DNA of 64,000 nt, taken from assembly GCF_037042905.1 (NCBI RefSeq), contig NC_087248.1, positions 13,578,001 to 13,642,000 on the forward strand, given 5' to 3'. Below the pieces are notes generated by a model that worked only from the letters and a program-made list of their open reading frames with translations, did not search any database and was not told the DNA's origin. This document shows, piece after piece, positions 1 through 12,110 of the stretch (positions are counted from its first letter, which is position 1; every line of letters starts with the position of its first letter). Both the position numbers and the translations under genes were made by a program. This DNA is from Lytechinus pictus (taxonomy: Eukaryota).

Positions 1-661
1 CCTTAATCATTTATGATTCATAGATACAATCAATATGCCATTAAGAATAACTTTCACACAGAAATATTGGTGTACCATTACAGCACTGTAAACAAACTGG
101 CAACAAACAAGGCAACACAGACAGCATTTGATTTGTGATAAAATGCAAGTCTAAAACTGATATCTAACTGCATCTACATGTAACCAAACAGACATTTCTG
201 TAATGAGCAGCATTCTATAAAGCCAACTCAGATTCGAGACCAATTAAAAAAAATATTTCAATTTCCAAAGTTTCAAAGCTTTGATGTGATATCATGACAA
301 AAAACAGTGCAAGAATCTTAAAGACAAGAAAAAATATGATAATGTCATGAAAATGAATAAGCAAGTGATCACAAAAGAGGTTAAATTCTTGTACATAGTC
401 ACATAATAGAGAGAAGAAAACAAGAAAAGTAGTAAAGAGCAAACTAACAAATTCTAATCACACTGATAAGAAATTGAATACTACAAATTTTTAGTAAAAG
501 AGAGAAGAGAACAAGGAAACTAAAACAGACTGTTCTGTTCAGGAAGTCATATAAAAGTAGCAAAAATCAGTAAAGGAAATGTGTTTTACAGAAAGGAAAC
601 ACATGCACTAATGAATAATTCACCAAGGCAATGAACAGCAAAAAGACGTGCTATTATTTAC

Positions 662-3600
662 CATTATTATCGCCACTCTCTCTTGAGTCTGGCTTGCTAC
701 TGCCGCTATTCTGCCGAACATTACTGGAGTACTTGTGGAGGTCTCTGACGCTATTGACTGCGGCCATAGCATTATTGGGCTTGGAGGGCGGGGCACCCTT
801 AGGTTTGGAGGGTGGGGCATTCTTAGGCTTGGAGCCAAAGAAAGGAATGTTATCTTCCTCATCAGATGAGGCGTCATCAAAGATTGGCGTTTTGGGAGCA
901 GAGGGGTTGTCCTTGGTGATGAAAGTGGAAGATTTGACAAGTGCTGGTGTTTTGAAGGGGAAGGTGAAGAAATAGAGAGGGGAAAAAAATAAAATAAAAT
1001 ATATATCGGTTTGGTGTTTTGGATATGGGATGAATGTCACAGGGTTTTAAAGATCGCAAGCTAATACTGAAAGAAAATTGTATGCTAACTTAAGCTGGAA
1101 GTAATGAAGTTGTAGAAACAGACCTATTGAATTTCAATTTTAAAAATGTGTGCGCTTTATTTCATATTTTAGAATGTGTGAGATGGGAGGTAATACTAGT
1201 AGTTTATACTTTCCTTTTTAACTGCTCTACAGTACACATGTACTTCCTGTTAAGTATTTTTTTCAATGAAAGAAATATATACTTGAATCATGAAATTTGA
1301 ATTATTCTATTTTAAAATGCTTTCTAACCTAACAAAATAATCAACAACATGCATTGAATTCAACTGTAAAGAGAAATGATCTTGTTTTAGAAAGTACTGT
1401 GCCTCTGCATTGATGATACACTTATTTTTTTTTCAAAATGTATTTAAAGGAAAACTTTCAGCACTAAAATCTCTTCAGGTCAATCAAAAATCAAATATAT
1501 GAATCATCAAAATAACATGTGCTTCCCTCTATAAAACCCTTTCATTATTGCACCTTTTTTTAGCTGCCTTTTATTTCTTGCCTCTCTTTTTATCAAAACA
1601 GCCCCTAAAAATGAAGCACATTACACATCTGTAAGCCAGTTTTCACATAACCGAAAAAGCTACACACATTGCACTACAATCATATCTTCATCGTTGCAAC
1701 GGTTTACATAACATTGTCCCAAATAGAAGCGGAAAGAAATGATGTGCCATGGATTAAAAATGGAAGTTTCTGATACATCTTGAACTAATGTTGAAATGCT
1801 TGCATAGTGTAAATGAAGATGAACTATGATGGTTGTTGATACGCTACAGTTTCTAAATAAATATAAACACTCTGTACATACATGTAGAAGATGGATAAGT
1901 GAATAAAATGTAATGGAAATGTAAAGACTTTTCAAATGATTGACTAATGAACTGTTTGAAATGAAAGAATACTGACAGAGACAATTGTTTTCAGATTGAA
2001 AAATGGAGATCTCAGGTTCAACGAAAGTGTGCCATGGCATTGGAAAGATTAAGTTATTTAGAAGTACCGCTATCTTTCAATGGAATCACTAGAAATATTG
2101 TCGTGAAGAACTGTGCCATACTTGCAAATGTATGCAACGTAATGTACATGTAAATGACAAATGGAGTATACCATTGATGCGCTGTGAGATCAGGGTCCGG
2201 TTTCATTAATCAACAGTTTCTATAACAAATATACTATCACCCAATCAGCTTGAAGATTTCAGTAGCTTTTAACTGTTATTTCAATTTTTTTTTATAATAT
2301 CAAATTTTTTATGAAACAGGTCCCTGAATGTGTCCATAAACATTACTAGTGTCACTTGATATTACATATTGGAAAAGCTGTTTCTACATGTACAAGTATA
2401 CAAATATTTGTATAATGAAATCAAAAGATACATGAACCAATAACAATAACACGCTGACACCTACCTTCTTCTTTCTGTTTTCTTTCTCTCTCCTAAAAAA
2501 AAACAAAGAAAAATGTAATAAGATTATTTTGTCTACTTTGCAAGCAGATATTATCTGTGATGAAATAAAATTTAGGAGTTCAGCTTATTCTAGTACCACA
2601 CAAAAAGCAGTAAACTCCATCACACAAAAACTGTAAAAAACACTGAAACTTGACAAAAAAGTGAAACAAATCAATGGGTAACGATTACCATAAAAAAGGT
2701 CCCCTTGCCATTGTCATTGCAAACGATAAAGGAATTATTTACAATTTTGGAAGACAGGGGTATCTAACACGAAAACATTAGTGAAAATTGTGGAGAACAA
2801 GAGCATAAATTAACATTTTTTTTTTCTTTCCATTTACTGCCTTTTAGCAATCAATGGCAGGCAAATCATTTTGTATGAATCCCCCCCCAAAAAAAAAATA
2901 TATATACATGAATACTCTTATTGCATGTGAAAATACATGTTACGTCCAATTCGAAAAAGAAAGCCATTGAGAATGAATCTAGAATTACAGCACGTAAATA
3001 CCAAATGTAATAAAAATCATTAAAAAAAAAGAATCAAGGGAAAAAATCATTTAAGGAAAATAATAGCACACCACAGAATTCTGGTTATAGGAAAGAAGAC
3101 TGAGGGGAAATTATGGAGGAATCAAAACTATGCATTAGTCTACTGTCATATCACACACATACATGTATAGAAAAAAAGCATTATTCTAATTTCCATGCCT
3201 CTTCAGACACAAGCTTCAGTGGGTGATTCACGAAGGTAGATTGAAAATAAATGTAAATATCTTTGACGGATGCGATAACAGCCTAAATTATTTCTTTTTT
3301 TTTTCAATAATTGAAATATGATCTTTCAACAATTATAGATGCCTGTTGAGGATGTCTGATGGGGGTAAAAACTGATAATTAGTATGGCATCAAATTTATT
3401 GTTGTTGAAACTTACCAGTTGCAAAGTAGATTTAATGATTGAGAAAAAAAAAGATTTTTTAAAAATTCGACTTACAACAGTACATGTATGTTTGTTGCAC
3501 TTTCCGCACAAACAATATACTGATGAGATATTTCAATTCCCTATCTCATCAAGGAACCCATATTAGATCAATCACAACACTTCAAGTACCACATAACATT

Positions 3601-6600
3601 GAAAATAAAGCATGTAACGCAGGAGTTACCAGTGAAATATCCCTCGTTCTTCTGGGACTGTCCTTCCTCTCATCAGTCCTCAACCAAAATGGCTTCTTTT
3701 CTTCTTGTCTTCCCAACCTCCCACCCCCACCAAATTCCTTCTTTGCTACTTCTTCCCTGTTTGAGGATGTGCTAGTCGATGGCAAGAATGACGGCTTGTA
3801 AGAGTCAGTTTCTTTGGGAGGGTCTATGACCCGAGGCTTAGAGGAGTTGGCAAAAGAAGGCTTGTACGACCCCGTTTCATTGGAAGAGTTTGATCCCGGG
3901 GCCTTTGAGGTGTTGGCATTGCTCTTTATTTTGTTTGACGGGAAATAAGGCTCGAAAGCAGAGGTTTTTGCCTTGGTCTTGGAAGATTGATAAGGATTTT
4001 TAGGACCCGAAAAGAAGCTTAGCTGACCCTGTTCCCCGTGACGCATGCCAAGAGAAAGAAGATAGGCAAAATGTACATGTAAGTATATGATGAAGCAAGC
4101 AATATACATGTAATGTAGTCTATAAACAAGTGGAATGCCTCTGGCCGCCTCACCTGCATCACGCGATTCAATATAGCAGCAGTGCTGATTTTGAAAACTA
4201 CTATAACTCGCACAAGATGTTCAGTGATACTTGGTTACTCTTATTTCCACGTTTTATGAACTAGACCAATACACTTATAGAGATATGATGGCAATTCAAC
4301 AAATACCCCCAACGTGGCCAAAGTTCTTTGACCTTACATGACCTTTGACCTTGATCATGTGACCTGAAATTCGCACAGGATGTTCAGTGATACTTGATTA
4401 CTATTATGTCCAAGTTTTATGAACTAGACCAACACACTTTCAAATTTATGGCTGTAACTCAACAAATACCCCAATTTGGCCAAAGTTCATTGACCCTAAA
4501 TGACCTTTGACCTTGATCATGTGACCTGAAACTTGCACAGGATGTTCAGTAATACTTGATTACTATTATGTCCAAGTTTCATGAATCAGATCCATTAACT
4601 TTCAAAGTTATGATGGTAATTCAACAGATACCCCCAATTCGGCCAAAGTTCATTGACCCTAAATGACCTTTGACCTTGGTCATGTGATGTGAAACTCAAG
4701 CAGGATGTTCAGTGATACTTGATTAACCTTATGTATAAGTTTCATGAACTAGGTCCATATATTTTCTAAGTTATGATGACGTTTCAAAAACTTAACCTTA
4801 GGTTAAGATTTTGATGTTGATTCCCCCAACATGGTCTAAGTTCATTGACCCTAAATGACCTTTGACCTTGGTCATGTGACATGAAACTCAGGCAGGATGT
4901 TCAGTAATACTTGATTAACCTTATGGCCAAGTTTCATGAACTAGGTCCATATACTTTCTAAGTTATGCTGTCATTTCAAAAACTTAACCTCAGGTTAAGA
5001 TTTGGTGTTGACGCCGCCGCCGTCGCCGTCGGAAAAGCGGCGCCTATAGTCTCACTCTGCTATGCAGGTGAGACAAAAAGCAAAAGAAACAATTACTACT
5101 ACATGTATACAGTGTGATCTACAGAGATAAATGAACAGTATGAAGGTTGGTTGAAACTATATCTACTAGGCAACAAACACGAAGCTCAAAGAAAGGAGAC
5201 TACTTTTACTGTAACTATTAAAAGCATATTACATGTATATCCCTGAAGGCCTGAACATCCTTATACTGCTACCATGGCAATACAGACCAAAGTTTGCAGC
5301 AAGTCTCATGAACGTCCAACAGAAAATGAGGAAGTTTTTTAAAATCGCAAATGTGCAATGGACTAATGGACAGCTCCCAAAAAGGTTACATTGAATTGGC
5401 ACGGAAAATAATATAACCTACCAAAATTTTCAATTGCATTTTGTCCAAAGAAACAATGGATGGATGGGAATTTAGGGATTCATTAGAATTGAAAGAAATT
5501 GCATACTATGTGTAGGCAATAATCTGTCAAAAGCTATCATGATTATATATATATTTTGTCTGCCTGTTCATTTAAAGTGAAAGAATGTTCTGTTAGAAAG
5601 TGTTGGTATGAGAGAGCTGTAAGGCAATACTTGGATCAATAAGCTACAAATGAAAATAAGCTTTACAAAAATCTGAAACAATTTGTCAAATGCGTTGTTG
5701 CTCCTACAAGCACATGACATAAATATCTTTAAGAGATATCTCACAAGACCAAAACATTACCTTCCGCTCTTCTTCTTCTTTCTTCTTCCTTTCCTCCTCT
5801 TCTTGCTCTATCCGTCTCCTCCTTTCTTTTTCTTCATCTTTCCGCCTCTTTTCTTCCTCCTCCTTTTCTCTCTTCCTCCTCTCCTCTGCCCTCCTCTTTT
5901 CCTCCTCCTGCCTTTCTCTCTTCTTTATCTCAATGTCCAAATCTTTGAGGACATCGTCGTCCTTCCCAGCTTTGGGCGGAGCAGGTTTGAAACCGCCATC
6001 CAGATCCATCAAGATCTTTTCATGCTCTGAGAGTTCTTTCTCCTTTTTCTTCTCTTTCCTTGGGGAAACCTTCTTTTCTTCTTGCTTCACCTCTGGTTCG
6101 GGCGCCCTTGGTGTATGGTCCACCTTTCGCTTTTCCTCTGCCGATGATGACCTCTTGATGGTTGGCTTTGGTTTGGAGTTCTTGATGTCGTCATTTGAGG
6201 TGGCTCGAGTCTGAGCAAGCGGCCTTGGAGATGAGTCGAAGGTGGCGTTGAGTTTTGCGGGAGGCTTCATCACACGGTTACTGTAAATGTTCCTGATTTC
6301 AAGCTCTTTTTCTTTCTCCTATGGAACAAAATTTGAATGAAAGAGAAATAAAATATAGTTGCTTATTTTGATAGAAAATTATTACGAAGCAGATTCAGGA
6401 ATTCATATTAATGAAGGGTCACAGACATATTTTTAAATCATTAGAGAATTTCCAGACATACATGTACAAACAAAAGAAAAGGAAAAGAGAAGGGAAGGGA
6501 AAACAAGTCTGATCCTAAAAAAAAGGAATGTCATTTATTTTGGACGAAAAAAACAAGCAAAGATAAACATAGACAACTTTAAACCCGAAATATGCTATCT

Positions 6601-9000
6601 ATAATAAATTCATAATTTCTTGCACAACCAAACTTTAGACAACTTCACTTTAATTTGCACAAACTTCTCCAGTGATACTAACTTTGAGTTGGAATTTGAT
6701 GGTTTGATTTTCATCTTCAAGGTAGGAAACTCTGGCTCTGTACTCCCGTTCACGTTGCTTCCACTGCTCACTGTCATGCTTGACATTCTTCTTGACATTC
6801 TCAATGTGTTTCTCAAGCTCCTAAGAGAGAGGACAAGACAGGAAAAATAAAGGAGGTTAATATTGCTATTAAAAGTACATGCAAACAGAATTTCACATTT
6901 TACCAAGGGTAGCCACTTCAGTTTAAAAAAACTATTCTTCCAGTGGGTCCTAACGTGATAATATTACCAGACATGTCAAACTGAAAGACCTACAGTACAG
7001 CAAGAAATTTCATTCAAGTCATGGAAATAAAGGTAAACAATGACAATGTACATGTACATGTAACTGCTATCTTCTTACGATCAAATATATCAAATGTTAG
7101 TGAAAATGGATGTTTACACTACAGTGTGTTAAGTTTTCATTCTCAGAAAACAAACAAAATACACTGTCCTGCATGTTTTTGGTCCTCACAAATTGCTTCA
7201 TTGCAATATAACATCGTTCAAACTTCTATTTTTTAGGCAATGTTCATATAATTACAGTAATATGTAAACTATACATTTTCTTTTCACTTTCTATTTCAAA
7301 TTACTTTGAATTTGACTCTCGGTCCCCCTTTCTCAAAATGTTTTTCTTTTCACTATTCTTTCAAATAATTCTATCAATTGCATTTATATACATGTATCAA
7401 TCATTGACTTAATAATGTATCCATTCATTTTGTCTTCATCTGTTCACATATTCATTTTGTCATGGTGTCATATTCATCATTCATACATTCATTCATTCAT
7501 CCATTCATTCATTCATTCATCCATTCATTCATCCATTTAGTCATTTAGTCATTCATTCATTCATCAAGGATCCTGCCAAACAAACATGAACAGTGCATAG
7601 ACAGAGTAACAAAATTTTGAACTCACAGTTACTCTTCTTTCCTTCTCATCCAAGTTATCATGAAGCTTGTCAACTTTCCTCTGCAGCTTATCCCTGTCAA
7701 GGAGGTGATTGTTCTCGGCTAAGTGTCTAAGTTTCTTCACTTCATCATTCAACCTATTCAGCTCTTCATTCTTGTCCTTCAATCTCCTATCCTTATCCTT
7801 CTCCCTGTCCTGTGTCCTCCGCAGCCTCTCTCGGAGATTGTCCACTTCCGCTGCATGACTCCGCAGCAACTGAGGCAGTTCCTCATCTTTGTCCTCAAAC
7901 TTCGCAAGGGCCGCCTCTTGGCGCCTTTGCAGTTGTTTCATCAACTTATTTTCCCTGATGGCATCGTCGTATTTTCGCCGCAAATCATCAAAGTCACTCC
8001 TTAGTTTGTTGATGGTGTGTCCTTTGGCAGATAGCATTCTTCTTGTCACCTCTGTGCTCCTTGGAGATTGCTGTAAGCCAGTCACACTTTGTGATCTTCC
8101 TGCACCTTTCTTCTTTGGAGCACCTTCAAATTAAAAGGAATGTAATGGAAAGAACATTACTTCATTGAGGTTTAACCTTTCGCTTTTGTTTTCAATTATA
8201 ATATTCGGGAAATAAAAAAAGGGCAAAATGGATGGACACCCAGCATATGTAGGCAATCCATTGATAGATCAGCAGATAACATGCAAGTGGTTTCCGTTCA
8301 TCCTTACATGTACTGTACAGTACATCTGCCACATTATCTACACAAAGAGAACCATCAAGAAAATCTTTATCATTATTTACCGGAATTATTACTTCTATTC
8401 CCCCATAAATGAATCATTAACATCTCTGAATGACTCCTCATCACCTGCTAAAGAAAAAAAAAGCCTACCTTTCTTTACACTAGGTTTGGTTGTTCTGGCT
8501 GTATAGCTGCTTCCATACGACCGATACGTTGATCTACTATCCTTGCTGGTCCCTGAGCTGTACCTGCTTGTAGGTGCATTTGCAGTGGTTCTCCGAGTTG
8601 ATTTTTTATTCCTCGCCGGGGACGCTTTTCTTGAATCCTGCATGGAATCCTCCGAGTCAAACGAGTCTGAATAGTCAGGTGTCCTTGATCTTGACCTTCT
8701 GTAACTAGCTGAAGGTGACCTTGACCTCGACCTTGAGCGGTCATGATATGACCCAGATGAATCTCTCTTGTTCGACATGGTGTCCGATTCTCCTGTGAAA
8801 TTGCCAGAAGTTGAGGATCGGGAGTGATGGGGCGAGGCTTTCCCTGTTTTTCTGCTCCCAGAGTCGGGTTTGTCGTCGTGGGGCGAGTTTGAAAATTGGG
8901 TGGGCGGGGTGACGCCCCGATGGTATTCTCCTTTCAAGGTAAAAGGTTCTTCTCTATCTCCATCAGAGTCAAAGAATGAGTCAATCGCATTTGAGGTCAT
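662..9000 (-). CDS. LCA5: Lebercilin (LCA5)-like ciliary coiled-coil protein; multi-exon, 3' end probably beyond the left edge of the window
   Basis: Exons from GT-AG sites with consistent phases: 9000-8469, 8123-7627, 6820-6683, 6318-5761, 4028-3630, 2492-2465, 943-662 (donor G|GTAAAT at 661). The spliced protein has the lebercilin domain (RRMLSAKGHTINKLRSDFDDL..ENKLMKQLQRRQEAALAKFE..ELPQLLRSHAAEVDNLRERLR..LLDRDKL..EKEKELEIRNIYSNR), an S/R-rich N-terminus and an ER/K charged helix. The last three exons are less certain than the first four. Confidence 0.88.
2191..2326. mobile_element. Small MITE (GGxCCxGTTTCATAA-type TIRs); a related copy lies at about 33920-34063
   Basis: CAGGGTCCGGTTTCATTAA / TTATGAAACAGGTCCCTG inverted ends. 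Confidence 0.55.
4126..5075 (-). mobile_element. Non-autonomous Helentron/DINE-1(HINE)-like element with internal tandem repeats, in an LCA5 intron
   Basis: On the minus strand it starts TGTCTCACCTGCA..GTGAGAC (hairpin), followed by a (GGC)n microsatellite and 4-5 tandem units of about 160-190 bp containing TGACCTTTGACCT. It ends with the subterminal inverted repeat TGCAGGTGAG..CTTGT. It is inserted in T-runs with no TSD. Confidence 0.75.
7478..7563. repeat. (CATT)n microsatellite
   Basis: Direct reading. Confidence 0.9.
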
Positions 9001-10099
9001 ATTCTGTTCAAATCAAAGCAATGAAAAACTGTCTCTCATCACTTTATATATTGTATTCAAATCTTGCTGGCATTTCTGGAAGACAAAAAAGCAAAACAAA
9101 ATGATAAAACAGTCGGAAATTTAAGTTGAATGTGATAATGAAACATAATAATAATAATAAATAATGATAATTTAAATTAAAAAATGTTAATACATATTAG
9201 TTATATTATTTAACAATAAAACAAATTAAATAATTACAGAATAAGAGACAATGACTGGTTTTTTTTACATATTGTACAGTAGTTACAGGATTACATCACA
9301 TGTAAGAAAAATAAAAATGGAAATCTACATGTACCACAACTAAGCAAAAAAGGAAGAAAAAAAAAGTAATATTTCAAAGACACTGTCTATTATTATACAT
9401 GTATGAATGATGTACCAGACCAAGGCCAGGGCCCAGGAAATATTTTAATCTTACTTACAATGTAAAGATTTTAACAAACATTCCCAAGAGGCAAGTGCAG
9501 TAATCATCATCTTTATCATCATCATCACCATCAACTTCATCATCAATCACAAATAGGCCTACTATGACAATGATCACCATTTTTTATTTTTTTTTCGATT
9601 TATTTGCAAAACCAGTAGCAGTGTACCAGTATGACTATGAAACTCTAAGTCTAACTTAGTTACATCTACATAGTACATGTATGTATGAACTACATGTATG
9701 ATGTAGATCTACATGCATGTACATTTTCTTCACCTTGATCTGTAATGCTACTGAGCTAGTAGATTGGTGGAAATGGACATGATGGACTGAATCAATAATG
9801 TAACAATTCTCAACCTCAACCCACACAAGACAATCACACTGACGACCACTCACACAACATGCGAGGTGACTGAGTGAGTGATGTCTGAATCTGATGTCAT
9901 GATTAATGTAAAGAAATTGGGGCCTTGGCTTTTGTTATATATTATAACTCAGTCTCAGCTCAGTTTAATTAAATACAACAAGGAGAGGGGTATTAAAAAT
10001 ATTCATGGCAAAGCAGCATTATGTCTGTAGTTCTTTTCAAATCAGAGCATGATTAGCCCATCTGCAAATCAAAAAAAAAATCCATCCATATCCACTTTG

Positions 10100-10790
10100 T
10101 GACTTAATCGCTCAACCGGAAACGTACACGGAACAATTCACATTTGCAGCGACCGGGGAAGACTGGAAATTGAGTAAACCAATTTGAGCAAAAAACAACT
10201 CACAATAATTTCATCAATCTGCACAAAACACCATTCCACATACGAGCAATATGATTCTTTGACATCCAAAGCTTCTAAAGACGTTTCCAAAAGTCAATAA
10301 GGTAAGTAAACGCTCCGAAAATCACTCAATTTTATTTTTGTCCACTAAAATAGAAACAGCAGCGAAGATCTGCTCGATCGCTATGCGGCTAGCCACGGGG
10401 AGTGGTCAACCTTGAAAACATATCGACAGAGCATCGACTTCTTCTCTAAAAACTGGCATTTCGCAATATTCGAAGGTTACCTTTTCAAAAGAGATAGCAA
10501 TATTCATTAATGTTGTGAGCATACCTTACGATTATTTGACTTCACGTATATTTTCCTGCCGAGTAAATCGTTTCATTTTGACATTTTCGCAGATTTTCCG
10601 AGACAGTTTCTATGAAGCCCTGTGGTATTTCGGCGTTGCGAGCATAGCGATTACATTGTTTTGAAACGCAAATATGGCAACCATGTGACGTTTCGGTTTG
10701 TCGCCATCTAGTGTTCAATGTATGTACCGATCGTCTTTTCTCGATCTCGAAATCCCGGATATCCCTAGCCTCCCTGCATGTATTTTGCCG
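10100..10790. promoter_or_regulatory. CpG-rich promoter region shared by LCA5-like (-) and CNNM copy A (+)
   Basis: Local CpG enrichment in otherwise CpG-poor DNA. Contains ETS-like ACCGGAAA (10115), RFX X-box half-site ATGGCAAC (10674-10681), E-box CATGTGAC (10682-10689) and CTCF-like GTCGCCATCTAGTGT (10700-10714). Splice donors occur on both strands (+10302; -10203, -10480, -10524). Confidence 0.6.
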
Positions 10791-12046
10791 GGTATTTTGT
10801 TATTTAAAAAAAAAAAACTATTTGATTTTATCTCCACATTTTAATAACAAAAGTATGCAACTACAATCATTTTCAACATCACTTAACAATGAACATGATC
10901 ACTAATAATCGTCCATTATTTATTATAATAATAAAAAATACATAGCATTTATTTTTCTAATTAAAAAGTTTAGTCAAATATAATTGCTGAAACATGTAGG
11001 CCTATATGAACAATAATAACTAGTACGTGGTGTAATATGAGCCAAAAAAAAATTGAGGGGGCCAGATATCACGTATCGGACAATATATATATTGTAAAAA
11101 GTTGAAAGCGAGCGATGGGGAACAGCAAACATCTCAAAATGTTTATGTAAAAAATCTAATTTTGTGATTTTGACTTCATATAAAAATTGTGGATTGGTCA
11201 ACCTTGATATACCAATATGGCCTTTATCAATCCCCTCCACATTTTGATCTTCTATGTCTTTTTTATGCAATATATAGTAACTATTTATAAGTGTATTGTA
11301 ATCATCTATGTATGTATTTGATTGTACTAATATTGTATGTTTTTACTCAATATGTGGAAAATAAATTGAATTTAATTGAAATATCATATTTCATTTCTAT
11401 ATCTTTCTTTTTCTCTTTGTTTTCTTGGTCGTGATTTTTTTTGTATGCCACTGATCATCATAGAAATATGTGAGACCGTCATCTTGAGCTTAAATTTGAT
11501 GGAGGCCTCAAAAGGACCGGAAGAGGCAAACCTGATCGGACGTCCCACTGCCCCCCCCCCCCCCTATTCCCTGTTTCTGTGCTATCTGCGCCTGCTTGTT
11601 TAATCCCTGAAGAAAATGTACTAATTGATTCAAACTCTGATGTCATTAATATTTATTTTGCTGAAGACAGCTAGAGTATGTCAGTATGCAGTGCTTATAT
11701 TAACATTGTAAAAGTGCTATAGCAATCAAATAATTAAACAATTATCATTGTTTAATTATTTGATTGCTAGTACAAACTGAAAAAAAATTGAATTATTATT
11801 TTGCACGGTGGAAGAGGGGGGGGGGGGATTGGTTGCCGCCAATTGCCTTATAAGTTATTGCTATCATGTTTCTCACTCAATAAAATTTAATCACAATTAC
11901 AATTTATCCTTGAACTAGGTATGCTGGTACAAAATATATCAAATGTAACTTTAGGATGACTAGAAAAAGATGTATCATGTTTAGTTGACTATTTCACTTA
12001 CTCCTTTCTCATATTTTTTTCAATATTTCATTTTATCCTTTAATAG

Positions 12047-12110
12047 GGGTGTGAAAAGAAGGTTTCGATTGGATCTCTGTGGAGAAGGGCCTATTTACAC
12101 AAGCAAGATG
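12047..12110 (+). other. Probable 5' exon of CNNM copy A whose last three bases are the start codon
   Basis: Polypyrimidine tract plus TAG acceptor at 12046, ending GCAAGATG|GTAAGC. The ATG splices in frame to GCA AAC ACA ATG at 14726. Confidence 0.6.

Noticed and set aside
654-661. Stop codon (GGT AAA TAA) as the LCA5 C-terminus
   Set aside because: It overlaps a good donor (G|GTAAAT), so the gene more likely continues beyond the window; this cannot be settled from the window alone.
4200-5000. Regularly spaced repeats superficially like a CRISPR array (also 53420-53890, 47200-47730)
   Set aside because: Whole units repeat with no unique spacers, there are no cas genes, the context is eukaryotic, and they lie within transposon termini.
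5683-6214. Plus-strand hydrophobic F/L/P-rich ORFs
   Set aside because: Antisense shadow of the E/K/R-rich LCA5 exon.
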